Shown here piece after piece: positions 1 through 13,802 of a DNA stretch of 64,000 nt; position 1 is the stretch's first letter; every line of letters starts with the position of its first letter. The stretch is taken from contig CM052832.1 in NCBI GenBank assembly GCA_028534125.1, positions 20,894,001 through 20,958,000 of the forward strand, read 5' to 3'. The notes below the pieces were generated by a model, which was given only the letters and a program-made list of their open reading frames with translations, was not told the DNA's origin and made no database searches. The position numbers and the translations under genes were made by a program. The DNA is from Lama glama (taxonomy: Eukaryota).

Positions 1-2578
1 TCAAAATAATAAAAGAAAATGGCCCAGGGCCAAAAGTTTAAGAAAACAACATTGAATCTAGAAGCAAAATCTAATTTATTTTTTTAAAGGCTTGTATTTA
101 TTTCCCACCCAAAAACAAAGATCTAATACTTCAGAGTTAACAAATTGTCTAGTAAGTTTGGAGGTCACATTTGAAGCAAACTGAATGTTGTATGGTTTCA
201 ATGAATTGATACAATTAAATAAGGAGTCTTCATCTGACCCCTTTCACAGAGATCATGAAACTGGAAAAGAATACAATCAGAGCATCTTACTTGGTCCTGT
301 AGTGAACATTATTTGCATAGATACAGCATAAACACTGATGATTGGTTTTCAATTTTTAGTAACAATCTGAATGTGTACCATGGGAGACTTCGTAACAGTT
401 ACAGAATTGTTAACTTCAGCAATGGGAAATGTACAGTTGATACATGTTTGAAAGTAGAAGGCTAGGAAGAGCTAGGGTAAAGGATAAAATGCCTGTATCC
501 TCAACTCATGAAGCAGATTTTTAAATGTACTACTGTAAACTTATCCAAAGAAACCAGGGTTTATTATTTTTTTCCAAGTGATACACCCACTGAAAAATCT
601 GTATTGAGAACAAGTATAGGACACAGAGACGTTCATGTCGAATGAAACTGGTGCTGGGATCATGCTTGATCTTCTGTTTTACATTTGATTCAAAGTCACT
701 CCATTAGCAATTGACAATTAAAAATCAAGCAAAAAGGGGAAAAAATGCTGTATGTTAGTCTAGTTTCCAGAAGGCATTTTTAGAAACACATGAAATACCA
801 CTTGGGGACACACTGCGCAGGTGATAGAAACTAGCATTTAATTGACAAGCCAGGTAATACCATTTCCATCCAAACAGTATATCCCACAAGTGATTTCTGA
901 GGATCATGAAGGCCTATTTTGACAGGAGCGCATCTTTAAAGTGCCTCAGTACCCAACACGTACCTTCTCATTTCAAATAAACAGGAAACTAATGCAGCAA
1001 CTCTGCCAGAGTGTCCCCTTCAAAAGGTTGGCTCTGGTGGAAAGGGAACAGCTTTCACTTGGTACTGTCTCGCCAGCTCAAATAGCTGGTAACCCCATTT
1101 CTTTTCAAACACTTTTGTTCTTCCATATAAAATAGTCTTCCTCTACCTCCAGCTACCTATACTTCTGCACGATTTTTCTTCCAAAGACTCAGGCCACTTT
1201 ATCATTTTGATTGCACTTGTGTGAAGAAATCATTTTGCATCTCCATGAAGACAGGAAAACGGAGCAACATCTCAGTGTTTAAGTGGATAAGCAGGAATAG
1301 ATGTTAAATAGTGACACCAGCACGAGGTGGTAGGATCAAAATCCTTCTAATTTATAGGTAGCTTCCTTTTGAGCCACAATAAGGTTATCTTATGTCATTT
1401 TAATGACATTAGCACAGAAGTTCACAAATTCAGACCAGAACAGTTCACACAACCAAGAGAACACAGTCATAATGGAATGCTAGTCCTTAGCTAGCTTAAT
1501 TTAATCAACTTGAAAAACTGAAAAACTTCTGATCCAAATTTAAATATATATATAGATCTCCATCTTCCTTGAAGTTTCCCTCAAAAGAAAAGTGGGTATG
1601 TTTCCATTAATATATGACATGAAGTAGCTTTTGTATTGATACTGAAAGGGAAATTAAGAGAAAAGAGGAGGCAGAGCTGTGTTTAGAGGCATCCTCATAC
1701 TGTAAAACTACTTCTTTCATAAACTTCCTGGGTTGATCATGAACTCCCTAACACAGGAGGAAAGTAAATTTACACAGGATAAGGAAAAGAGGAAAAATTG
1801 AAAATGAAAGTACAAGTAATTGATAATACCTCTATATTCAAGCTTCAGGATTTACTGGGTATTTGCCCTTCCAAAGATTCTGAGGGTTACAAAAACACAT
1901 CAAGGGAAAACAACAAAACCCAAATGGATGATGGGTTTTTCCTTGAAGTGAAAGGTTTATTGTAAACAGAGCTGTTCGGCTGGGAAGAACAAAAGGGGGC
2001 TGAGAAAGTGCCTGTCAGGAGGCTCTCTCACTAATGAAGCATGAAGTCATCTAGAGTGGTGGCACTGGCCGTCCCTGTCCACCCAGGAGTCAGGAGGGCC
2101 CTGAGGGAGTGGACTGTCCCCGCCAGAAGAGTCAACCTGCCCGAGCAGAAGGTACAGCCTGGGAAGTGGCCCCCAGAGCAGTGGGCTTGGCTTACACTTC
2201 CTACCAGCAAGCAGACGGGAAGCATTCTCAGCCTGACAAAGAGGCAAGGAGAAGCCAAGGCTAAAAGTAGATCACATTTCTGAGTTTCGAACATTGAAAG
2301 GACGGAAACCATATGGGAATTTATTATTCAACTGCAGCCTTCAGGTGGCTTTAAACTAAAAGGAATATTGTCAACCACATCCCTGGGCCCCCCCCCCTTT
2401 TTTTTCCCACTTCTCCACCCCCTCCTCCTCTTTTCAAATTTTACAAGCTCTGTGATTCAGCAGTGGAAATTCCCTAAATATAAATTAAGCATTATGTCCA
2501 CCCAAGAAAATCTTCCTGGCACACAACCAGGAGTTTGGCATTAACATCTCTCATATGACTCTTGGGAGGGTAAGTTAA

Positions 2579-2601
2579 TGTGTGTGTGTGTGTGTGTGTG
2601 T
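2579..2601. repeat. (TG)n microsatellite
   Basis: Seen directly. Confidence 0.95.
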
Positions 2602-2896
2602 ACAGTTTCATTTTTCCTTCCTTAGAAATATGCTCTATTATGTAAGATATTTGTTGAGAAGTATACATGCCGTGTCAGAAGGTCAGAAGGGTTGTCATCT
2701 CCCTGAAGAAATGTAACAACTATACTGAAATGTAGGGCACATCTCTCAGAGCATAAGCTGGGCACTCAGTTTTTGTGTCACAGGAACTACCATGAGTACA
2801 GTTTCCTAGCACTGCCACAATCACAGCTGTGAACACCCCTCCCAAGTCAAACATCTAGGACTCAATTCCCGTGACTCTAAAGAGATAACGCCAACA

Positions 2897-3260
2897 GCAT
2901 TAGTCAGGACAGTGACGATACCCAGCAACACACCACCCCCAAACCCTGACTTGGAGTAACCGAAGCTTACTTCTTGCTTGCACCACAGTCCGACCTAGGT
3001 CCAAAGCTATTTCCTTCAGGGGCCCTTTGAGACCGGACGGTGAAGGTTCCGACCTCCATGTGTGCTGCCACTAAGGTAGCTGGGAGGCAATGACTCTGCA
3101 GCTTCACCTGGGAAGTAACAGAGGTGACCTCTGCTCACGTTTCATGGGCAAAAGCCAGTCATGTGGTCATACTTAACCCAACAAGAGGCAAGAAAGCGCA
3201 ACTGTACTCAGTGTCCCCAAAGAGGCCCAGATACATTCGTGAGCATCCTTGAAGACCGCA
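2897..3260. mobile_element. Old MaLR solo LTR (MLT1K/J-like)
   Basis: ctctgctcacgtttcatgggcaaaagccagtcatgtggtc resembles the MLT1K-type core. Confidence 0.6.
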
Positions 3261-4729
3261 GGAGTCCTACAAAGGCTTAAAGCAATAAAAAACCTCCTAG
3301 AGCTCATGAAGATTATCAGCTGTTATTGAGGTACATACATCCCATCTTATTTTTACTTACATCCTCAGCCCCCAGGCCAGGGAACTCAATGTCTGCTTGA
3401 AGAGAGAATAAAAGAGACTGGGTAACTTATCTATGACAGTTTTTACTCCTATGGACCCCAACACTAATTTGGCAGGTTAAGTAAAAAACTTCTCCCTGCT
3501 GTTAACAAAGATAGCAGAATAAACGATGGATGCCATGATTGTTCTTCAAGTGCTCCCTGCATTCTTTGCAGGACAGGAGAGGGGTACTCAGTCTCAAGTA
3601 ACCTTGTCAAGACAGAAACTCACAGATACATGGAAAGAATTTCCTTGCTCATCATTTAAAGAAGACCAAGAGAATATTTCACCCATCTACCCTTAATGCA
3701 GATGTAAATTTTCTCCCCACAAAGCACTCAGGGACAGGGTATTCCATCTTGATACAAATATGTCTCTTCACTTAGTACATACAGACCAGTAAAAGAATGT
3801 CGGCACAACTCTTGCTTTCCTAAGAAACAGCCCAAAAAATGTCTTATCTAAGAGAGAAGCAGAAGGTCAAGAACACATAGAAGAGAAACCTTATTCCCTC
3901 CAGCTCAGAAACACTTGCCTAGCATTCCTTCTCTGGTACGTTAACCCTGCCCCACACCCTGAACTTCTAAATGGGGAGGAGTGAAGGAAATGTATCGGAA
4001 GGAGACTTGGGAGGCTTTTAGTAATGTTAGAATCCTGCTTATTGTTTACTAGACACATGGAGAGACTTGAATAAAAAATTCATGCCGAACAGTATCTATA
4101 CAGGAGACCAGCTGTTCTTATTTACTCCAACAGACATGGTTACACAGGACTCTGAGCTCTATTATCCAGGCTCAGCAAACTACTCCAGCAACAATTGCAA
4201 GGGCTTTGAAGCAACTCAGGTCACAGAACAAGGCCTTCATTTTACATAGAAGTGCTGAAGAAGTTTTTTCTAAGAACTCTAAATTCTACCTGAAAGCGAT
4301 CAAATTTGATCATGGGAGAGAAGAAAAAAAAACAAGCCTCACCATACTGTGGACTCAGCACCTAAATTACTTTCCTTCTCCCCATAATGCCCAAGACTTG
4401 CAGGCACCATTACCCCCACTCCCCCACTTCCATGCTCATCCCTGACTACTGACACCAGCCCTTGAAACAGGACGACATGCTGCTGATCCCTGCTGAGCCT
4501 TTCAGCAGTGAAGCCTGAGTGAATTCATATACCCCCATCCACGAGTGCCTTGGAGCACAGACACCTCACCTGAGAAGTTTGTTGAGAATTCATTTCTTTT
4601 TATTTTTTGATCTACATCAATAAATGACTAAGAATGGTATAACTACGAGGAAGATGCTTTAAAGACTACCAGCTTTTAAGTACTGAAGGGGAAGACTAGT
4701 ACCAAAGCAATGACTATGGTCACAACCGG

Positions 4730-4812
4730 CATTTAATGAGGGTTTTCTAAGTACCAGATTCTGTGGTAAGAGCTTTAGCATCTTTAACCTTAAAACAATG
4801 CTATGAGCTATG
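4730..4812. mobile_element. MIR fragment, interrupted by an L1 and continuing at ~5427-5560
   Basis: atttaatgagggttttctaagtaccag...ctttaaccttaaaacaatgctatgag, then ccctctgaggt...agatgaaac...ggttacataacttcccgaag after the L1. Confidence 0.5.
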
Positions 4813-5426
4813 CCTAGTCATCTCCTTCCAAAAAGTACAATATGGAAAAGGGGGAAAGGAGTAACTCTACAAAGGAGAGGCCTGGCCACCATCATCTCAG
4901 CCACGTGAACAAGGTCAACTTCAACAGTAACGAGCCATGTTGAGGGTATGTACTCTTGACATGACGAGCTGGGAGTAATGATTCACCTCTGAACGCCTTC
5001 TCTCAAAAACCCATAACCCAGTCCTATCATGAGAAAAACATCAGACAAACCCCAACTGAGGGACATCCTACAAAATACTCACCTGTGCTCCTCGAAACTG
5101 TCAACATCATCAAAAACCAGTCTGAGAAACTGTCATAGATCAGAGAAGCCTAAGCAGACATGATGAATAAATGTTATATGGTATCCAACATCAGACCTGG
5201 GAACAGAGAAAGGACATTAGGGGAAAACTCACGAAACCCAAATAAACTGTAGAGTTCAGGTAATAATGAAGTGCCAGTGTTGGTTCCTTAGCTTTGACAA
5301 ACATCCACAGTAAGGTAACGTGGTAAGGACAAGGGAGACGAGGTAAGAGTGTATGAATACACTGCCTTTCTTGGCAACTTCTCTGTTAATCTAGAACTAT
5401 TCTAAAATAAAGTCTAATTTAAAAAA
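4813..5426 (+). mobile_element. Old L1M (L1MC/MD-type) 3' UTR fragment
   Basis: catgagaaaaacatcagacaaaccc...gggacatcctacaaaatac; ends gcaacttctctgttaatctagaactattctaaaataaag plus an A tail. Confidence 0.8.
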
Positions 5427-5828
5427 CCCTCTGAGGTTGATGCTCTTGTCTCTCTTCTAGAGATGAAACATCACAGGTTACATAACTTCCCGAAGTTATA
5501 AGCTAAGGAGCAAAAGAACGTGGTCAGATACGTCTCCTCTCCCTTAAGCACCAGTGCAGTAAGGCTGTAACGTCCTACGTTGTATAAGCTCTATTAAAAT
5601 GGTTTTATGCCAGATACATGCTGAGAAACTTCAACTAAAGGGATCTGTGTCACTTGCATTCCTCAGAATACACTTTTATTTTAGTACACTTTTAAATAGA
5701 GGGGCCGTAACTCTACGTCCTGAATATTTCATTTTTATACTCGTCACAAATTTAAATTACTCCATCAATGTCAATGCTGTGTGATGATCACATTTAAACA
5801 AAAATGAGGTTAAGATTTTGCCAAAACC

Positions 5829-7425
5829 TTTTTTTCTTCATTTATTTAAGTACAGTTGCTGGACAATATCGTGTAAGTTATAGGTGCACAAGGTAGTGAT
5901 TAGCCACGTTTAAAGGTTATACTCCATTTATAGTTATTATAAAATATTGGCTATATTCCCCATGGTATATGTTTCACAGTATATCCTTGTAGCTTATTTT
6001 TTTAAATTAATTTATTTTTTAACATATATACCTCCTCCTCCATCTCGTCCTCTCCTTCCAACTCCGCACCCTCCTCAGGCCGGCTGCCCTCGGCCTCCAG
6101 CTCTCGGGCAGCCGGGAGCCCTCATCATGGGCAAAGGCCCAGGTTCTCCTCACTTGCCGCGGGCACGGGTCTCAGGGCGGGCGGGACGGCACCGCTGAGG
6201 CTTCCTCGGCCTTGGCATCACCTGGTCACATGTGGTTACCACAGGTATCCCCTCCAAACAGGCGGTGTAGACCACGTGAGGCGAGACAGAGCAGCTGGAT
6301 AGCGCAGGAATTCCCGCGCCTGCCCCAGCTGCCAGTGCGCAAGCACGGAGACCTGCAGGACCCACTTCCTTGTAAGCTTATTTTACACCTAACAGTGTGT
6401 ACCTCTTAATCCCCTACCCGTATGTTGAGTCCCTCCCTTTCCTGCTCCCCACTGGTAACCACTAGTTTGTTCTCTACATCTGTGAGTCTGCATTTTTGTT
6501 AAAACTCACTAGTTTGTTCCATTTTTTAGATTCCACCTGTAAGTGACATCATAAGAGTATATCTTTCACTGACTTACTTCACTTAGCAAATAGCCCTCCA
6601 AATCTATCTGTGTTGGTGCAAATGCCAAAATTTCATTCTTTTTTATGGCTAAGTGGTATTCCACCATACCATATACACACACAACTTTATCCATTCATCT
6701 GTTGATGGACACTTAAGTTGCTTCTGTATCTTGACAATTGTAAATAATGTTGCTATGAACACTGGGGGGCATGGATCTTTCCAAATTAGGGTTTTGTTTT
6801 TGTTTTTTTTTTCAAATATATACCCAGGAGTAAAATTGCTGGGTCGTATGATAGTTCAATTTTTAGCTTTTCTGTTTTCCACAATACCAAGTTACATTCC
6901 TAGCAACAGTGTAGAAAGGTTCCCTTTTCTCCACATCCTCACCAACATTTGTTATTTGAGTTTGCTTTGTTTTGTTTTGTTTCGTTTTTTATGACAGCCA
7001 TTCTGCCAGGTGAGAGGTAGTATCTCATTGCGGTTTGGACTTGCATTTCCCTGGTGGTTAGCAATGCTGAGCATCTTTTCATGTGTCTGTTGGCCACCTG
7101 CATTTCCTCTTTGGAAAAATATCTATTCAGCTCTTATGCCCATTTTTTAATTGGGTTGTTTGTTTTGTCATGTTGAGTTGTATGAGCTGTTTATGTACAT
7201 TGGCTATTAACCCCNNNNNNNNNNNNNNNNNNNNNNNNNNNNNNNNNNNNNNNNNNNNNNNNNNNNNNNNNNNNNNNNNNNNNNNNNNNNNNNNNNNNNN
7301 NNNNNNNNNNNNNNNNNNNNNNNNNNNNNNNNNNNNNNNNNNNNNNNNNNNNNNAGATGGATCCCTAAAATATTGCTGCAATTTGTGTCAGAGTGTTCTG
7401 CCTATGTTTTCCTCTAGGAGTTTTA
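5829..7425 (-). mobile_element. L1 3' portion (ORF2 end and 3' UTR), interrupted by the retrocopy and an N gap
   Basis: T-rich tail at ~5830; ccattcatctgttgatggacacttaagttg and ttgcatttccctggtggttagcaatgctgagcatcttttcatgtg are antisense L1 hallmarks. Confidence 0.92.
6001..6366 (-). pseudogene. GC/CpG-rich retroposed insert (5'-truncated retrocopy of an unidentified transcript) inside an L1 3' UTR
   Basis: Flanking direct repeats TCCTTGTAGCTTATTTT (5984-6000) and TCCTTGTAAGCTTATTTT (6367-6384). A-rich tail on - at 6001-6020. About 20 CpGs in 340 bp. L1 sequence resumes on both sides. Confidence 0.75.
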
Positions 7426-8413
7426 ATCTGGACGCTCCGACATTCCATGAGAAAAAAAAGTATTAGCCAGTGGATATCTCACCCCATGTTGCCCTATCTT
7501 TCACCCACTTTCACTTGTTGTCACCCACGTCTTTTCTTCTGATACTGGGTATTTTGGTGCTGGTGAGCTCAGCCTGTTGCTGTAACAGGATGAGGGGGTT
7601 ACAAACTAGGGTGCCCTTCAAAAGGAAATGACGACGCCAACGTAAGGAAAGATTAGCATATATTTTGGGCTCTTTCAGATCATGAGAGATGTAAGATCAG
7701 CTGTGGTTGCTCCGAAAACCTGAAGAAAACTAAATGCCCTCTGAGTATAAATTCACACAGTCTTATCGACTAAACCAGTTTCCCACCATGTGAAGCCAGC
7801 CTCTCTGGGAAAACTCCAACATCCTCCAGGAAGGCTCAAGCAGTCCAAGACATATATTCTTTTTTTTTCCTTGGGATTTGCCAAAATCAGACAGTAGGAT
7901 TCAATAAATATTTCTAAACACTGCACTTAATATATTGTTCCCTGGGAGAATATACAGTGGAAGTGGTCCAGCAAGTAAGAAAACAGGCTGCCTTCTTGTG
8001 TGATTAGATTAGCTTGCCTAAAGACATGTTTTTCACAGTCTTGTTCTATTTACCAGTCTGTCTGTTGTTCTTTTTAAAGGCAAGTGATCCCTTAAATTAT
8101 TGATTTTACCACTCTGGGCTTGTCTCAGGAATAGCTCAAAGTAGACCTCCCCACCCCCACCCCTTACACTTCAGACTATCCCAAGGCAATTAATTAAGGA
8201 CACTGTACCAGTTTAACAAGAGAAGGATAGAGAGAAAAAAGAGGAGGTGATTATGACAAATTTTCCCACAGCAGTAGAGTAACAAATGGAGCTAACTCTC
8301 CTGATTCACTGGATAATGGAAATAGAACCAAAGCCAAAGTTAAGTTTAATTTCTTCCCTTCACCAATGGGAAAGAAATGAACCAAGTTAACGAAGCCATA
8401 ATCATTCCCCCAG

Positions 8414-8448
8414 ACACACACAGACACACACACACACACACACACACA
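8414..8448. repeat. (CA)n microsatellite
   Basis: Seen directly. Confidence 0.95.
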
Positions 8449-10444
8449 GAGCAACTTGGCAAACTGGTACTCATCCAAAACAAATCCTTCTTATTGAGAA
8501 TCTTTGCTATTTTTATATCTGTATTCATGAAAAAAATCTTTTTATTTTGGAGCCTTGGGTGGTTCAGACTGGAATTTTTAAATTTCTAATGTCGTACTAG
8601 GATTAGAGGTCAAGGTGTTGAGAGGCCACAGGGAAAGTTACACTTCTAGGATCATCATGGTGAGAAAGAAACTGAACATCAGAAGTAGACCACCTTGGGG
8701 CAGAATCCTGGGGTCTCAAAAAAGCACTTAAACCCTCTGGATGAGTATCCCCAGTCTGCCCAAATCCTGATCCTCCTCCAAGCAGACATCCCTAATCTAA
8801 ACCTATTTATATCCTCCATCATCTCAGCATTCCAGATGGACAGACACCGAATTCATCACACTAATCTGCCACCCTTCAAATCCTGCCCTAACTCCACAAA
8901 GGACACCTGCTGAACATTAAACCGAGATTGAGTTTCAAAGCCAAAACCTACAAAATAAGGAGAGGTCAAATTTTTCAAAGCACTTGCCGATAAGCTTTTT
9001 AGTGTCCCTTAAATTGCTCATGAATGGTGTCAAGTTTTCTCAGTGATTTTCCATTCTGCCTTTGGTTCACCAAACATTGAAGGTTGCCAACTATCCACAT
9101 GGTAGGAAAAAGTTGAACCACGTGGGACAGTATAGAGCAGATAAAACATGTAAAAACATGAAGCAAAAGGTCACTGTTTAATCTTAACATCTACATGTCC
9201 ATATGAGAACTTTTGTATTGATATTATTAACTCTTAGTAAAGCCACATTAACCAGTACATCAAAGAGAACCAATTAAGCCATTTGCCATGTAAAAAGCAC
9301 AGAGCAACATCACAGCATTGCACCTGGTGCACACAGGCATATATATATTGTTGAATTAACCAGTAGTCTTTGACATCTGCTAAACATCTAGGGGAAAAAA
9401 AAAGAAAAGCTCTTTCCCTTCCTGGTCTTCACAAATATTTCTAGATAGCTTTTATGCTTAAAATGCTGTTTCCATGATGGCCCTATGCTGCATTTAATAC
9501 GTAGGTAATACATATGAATATTAGCAAACAGATAAGCAAAATAAAGGCATTATCTCTAGGTGATTTGAGAATAATTAAATAACTTTTAGATTCATATATA
9601 ACCTCCTAAATCATTTCAGTGCAGACCTGCTCATGTATGCCTGCAGAGCAGGCTGGGGTTTTTGTTTTTGTTTTGTTTTTTAAATAAAATCACAGAAAAA
9701 TCTATAGCATTATTTGAATGCTTCATTTGGTATTTTATTGTTTATTTCTACTATAACTTATTTGAACACCCTAATATGTTTAGATACTAGTAACAAAATA
9801 CATCAAAAAAAAGTTTGTGATAAAACCTTCTTGAAGTCCAATCTTTCTACACATGTTCCATCATAGTTTTGGGACAAATCTGCCTGGAAGCCATGCTGCC
9901 AGGAGCAAGAATAAACACATTTTGTGACCTCTGATCTTATATACTACAAAATAACCTCCAGATACCATATACACATTTTCCCCCAAATAGTGTGTTTTTC
10001 CCATACCTAAGTGACACTGGATTTTATGATTATTCTCAAACTTAGCCAGTCTTGATAGTTTAAAAAAATGTGTTTTGCTTTACATGGCTTAGAGAAAGGC
10101 TGGTTGTTCACATATTTGAATATAAATAATACGCATAGTATTTCGAAGCAACTCAATAAGAAGTACAAGAAGCTTTGGGCACCTAATACTATTTAAAAGG
10201 TACAATATATATTGAAGTCCTGGGGTTAAATGTTTCCTTTTTTCTTTTTTTTTTTTTTCAAAGAATCATCCAACACTTCCGTAGAAATTTCCTAAAGTTC
10301 AATACAGATCAGAATGGTGAAACTTAGGGTGACAATGTCTCTTTTTTAAAGTATGACCTTCCCTTCTCATCAGATACTGAAGAATATGCTAAGTGTTCAT
10401 ATTCTCTCTTTATCTCATGGCCCATCTGAGTTTTGCTCCAAATG

Positions 10445-10580
10445 GCGTGTGTGCATGCACACAGGGACGTGTGTGTACACATGTGTGCGTACACACAGAC
10501 CTACATATATATGTGTATGCATGCATCCATATACATATACTTGGTATACACCCATGTATGTACACAGACACACACAGATA
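10445..10580. repeat. Degenerate alternating purine-pyrimidine (TG/CA/TA) tract
   Basis: Seen directly. Confidence 0.8.
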
Positions 10581-13289
10581 CTACACCTTGGACTCTTCCC
10601 CTTAGTCTCAGTACACCAGCTACTGAGATGCCAAGAGCTATACTTCCTCTGTCCTCCAAGTAGGACAGGCTTGTCTTGGCTCTGCAAAGAGTAGGGACAG
10701 CGCCACGTACTCATCGTAACTGACATCTGTGGGCAAGACGCCGAGGCACACCTCAATCACGTGTGTCTGCTGGGGATGCTCACTCACACACCTGCTTCAA
10801 CGGTGTGAGTGCAGCCTTTGGGTTTTCCTTGACTGATGTTGGTGTAACTGCTTCACGGTCTCTGTGGGTGAAGGGAAGTGGGCTCGGCTCAAATCAGCTT
10901 GTGGTGCTTTGCACTTCCACTTGCTATTACACAAGGAACAACATGCCCCTGGGCTCACCACACCCTCACTGACGGACTGAAAAGGCACCCAGACTTAAAA
11001 TAAAACAACAAAGAGGCTTTGAAAACCAGGAAACAAGCAAGCAAAGGAAGCATCTGTTTCTTTCATTGAAAAACCACCCACCCCCAGGAATCATACAGAT
11101 ACACACACACCCACTCACCACCGCGACCACCACCACCACCTGAGGACCATCGACTTCATCACCTCCAGGCCTTCTGAGAGACTTAATCTTTCTTGACTAA
11201 GTGAATTTGTTTCTGGCCCGAAGTGTAACAGTTTTCATGGAATCATTCTGAACCACAAAAATAGAGGGAAAAGACACCTTCTTGAACAAATTTCACAACT
11301 TTGAACAAGGTTCAACCTCCCCCAGCATGGACATGAGGTAATAAATCAAGTCCATGTAGATAGCTTTTCATCTTTCACACTCATCTCTTATTTTCAAAAC
11401 AAAACAAACATAAAATCAGCTAAGTGAAAAACCCAACTTTGGATCTTTGGTGCCCCACAACCAAACCCCTACACGTCCCCAGGTGAACAATCTGGTAAGA
11501 TTCCACAGGCTTTGGTCACCCCTGACACCATGCTATTCTTCGTCTCTTCTACTATGACATTTGAAGCAATAACTATAATTTTAGAAAAAACTGGTAAGAA
11601 AAATCTAACCAGAAAATACCTGTACATTCTAACAAAATATATGCAAAAGAAAAAATCACCAATTGGATGCCAAAACATTTCTGGCTTCTGAAACCACTCC
11701 ATACACCCAACTGGGGGATAGAACTGTAGAAATTCTAGCAAAAATATAATAACTATACTTAGTTGAACTATGAAAAACTGCCATTTCTATACAATTGAAA
11801 TACTGACAAGTTCCCATGGATCAACCTATTTCCTTAGATTTCTACATGCCACAATACCTCTGGTGATCTGGACAGAACGCTTATGAAGTGCAGAGAAGCT
11901 TCATTATCTAAATCCTCCCATTTTCAGCCATATTCTTCCCTCTTTCTCTCTTCATTCCCTTCCCTCTTCCCCTGTGTCTCTTCCCTGAACAGACGGAGGC
12001 GGGATCCTGAGTAATTACCTGGAACCAGATCTGGGTTTGAGCCCAATTTCCAGGTCCAGAGGTAGACCTGTACACCCATTCATAAAGTTTTTAAAAGTAG
12101 GGCTCTAAAAATGTCTTCTCCACTCATGCCTTCTGTTCAGGGACCATCTATCCTAATAGTGACATTCACTCATCCAAGGTGAATTTAATACAACCCTTGA
12201 AAACCTAACTGGTTACACACACCACATGGTTTGGGTTTTGAACTCTCTAACTGAGCTCGTCACAAATCAGTTTTCACCTTTTACATCAATTTTCTCCCAC
12301 TGGTCCAGAATTGCCTTGACATTTTCTAGTCACCTTGCTTTCTCCAAGAAGCTTCCCAGTGGAACACAGCAGAGTTTTCCAGATACCTTCACCAAGTACA
12401 GTAAGATTACTGCACTGGTATCCTTTACCACTTTGAGAGAAGAGTATGCATTTAAGTCAAATATCCACATCTAAAGGAAACCCATCCTTGCAGGAAGTAG
12501 AAAAATTAACAGAAAAAAATTAACTACATATATAATAATCAGGAAGCCCTCACACCCCTACCTAGTGTAGCTGCCAAAAGTGTGCTAGAACCTTTGGACA
12601 GATGTCAAAGGTCACAGATTAGACAGAAAAGATGCCAACTGAGTGCAATAATGTATGAAAAAAATCCTTGGAAATTTTTAAAGAATCCATGAGCACAAAG
12701 TACTGATAAACGGCTGTCTTCAATAGGTTACCAAGCCTAACAAAGACTAAATTCAAGTCCCACTTTTAAGAAAATGTATTAATTGATGGAGTGCTCTCAT
12801 TTCTGTATCTTTCCTTTCATGACGATTCTGAGTGTCTTCAGTCCTCAGGGTTGTCACCAACCTGATTTTGAATGTAACTGCAGTGGGGATGGGGAGACAG
12901 AAACTTAAGGGGCTTAGAACAAAAGCACAAAGTCATGATCCAGTCAAAAGAAAACCAAGTGTCTACCTAATATGAATTAAATTATATGATTTTTCTCTCT
13001 TCAGATTATGCCACCCCCAAGAACTCAGTTTCTACAGTATGGTTTCCCTAAAGACAGTAAATTCTGTATTGCAATACAAAAATAGAAATATGGGAATCCC
13101 AGACACAAGTCCTCCCATTTTACTAATAGAAGCATTAATAGAATAGTAATAGCATTATTATAATATTATATATTACTGTAGTACTATTATTGTTATTAAT
13201 AATAGAAGTAATAGCATCGTCAATGTGACTCCAAAGAATTGCTATCAATTCACCTAAGAAACATAGCAACCAAAAATTACAGTGACGGC

Positions 13290-13530
13290 TCATGTGTGTA
13301 GCACGTGTTAGGCACATACATAGCTCTTTTGTAAGGATGTCGAGTATCCTATCTCACTAATGTTCTTTCCAGCAATCCTTGAGGTGAAGAATCCTCCTTC
13401 CACTTTACACATGAGGAAACCAAGATGTAGAAACTAAGTAACTTGCCCAAACAGACAAAACAGGTGGTGAAGCTCAATGTCAAACCCAATTCTTCCCCAT
13501 CCCAAATCTCTATCTATTCTCTCCTGACTT
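13290..13530. mobile_element. MIR
   Basis: cactttacacatgaggaaaccaagatgtagaaactaagtaacttgcccaa core. Confidence 0.8.
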
Positions 13531-13761
13531 CTCCTGCGGAGGCCCATCAGGGAGCAAGCGTGAGGGTGGGAGGTGGGACGCTAAGGAGCTGCCAAGCCCC
13601 TGCCCTGTCTACTCAAGGCAGGTACAGCATAGCTAGTACTTATCCTCAACGGACATTTACCATGGGAGACTACCGTTCCGCAGAAGCCAGATCTTTTGGC
13701 TTTTTTGTCAAGATTAACCAGATTTTTATGTAATTAAAAAAATACTAGTAGCTAGTTCTTT

Positions 13762-13762
<1 letters not shown>

Positions 13763-13799
<37 letters not shown>
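13763..13799. repeat. (AC)n microsatellite
   Basis: Seen directly. Confidence 0.95.

Positions 13800-13802
<3 letters not shown>

Noticed and set aside
1930-2320. Overlapping ORFs in a GC-richer patch
   Set aside because: No splice or domain support; possibly an old LTR that I could not assign.
5947-6409. Proline/arginine-rich ORFs
   Set aside because: They cross the L1/insert junctions and are by-products of the GC-rich retrocopy.
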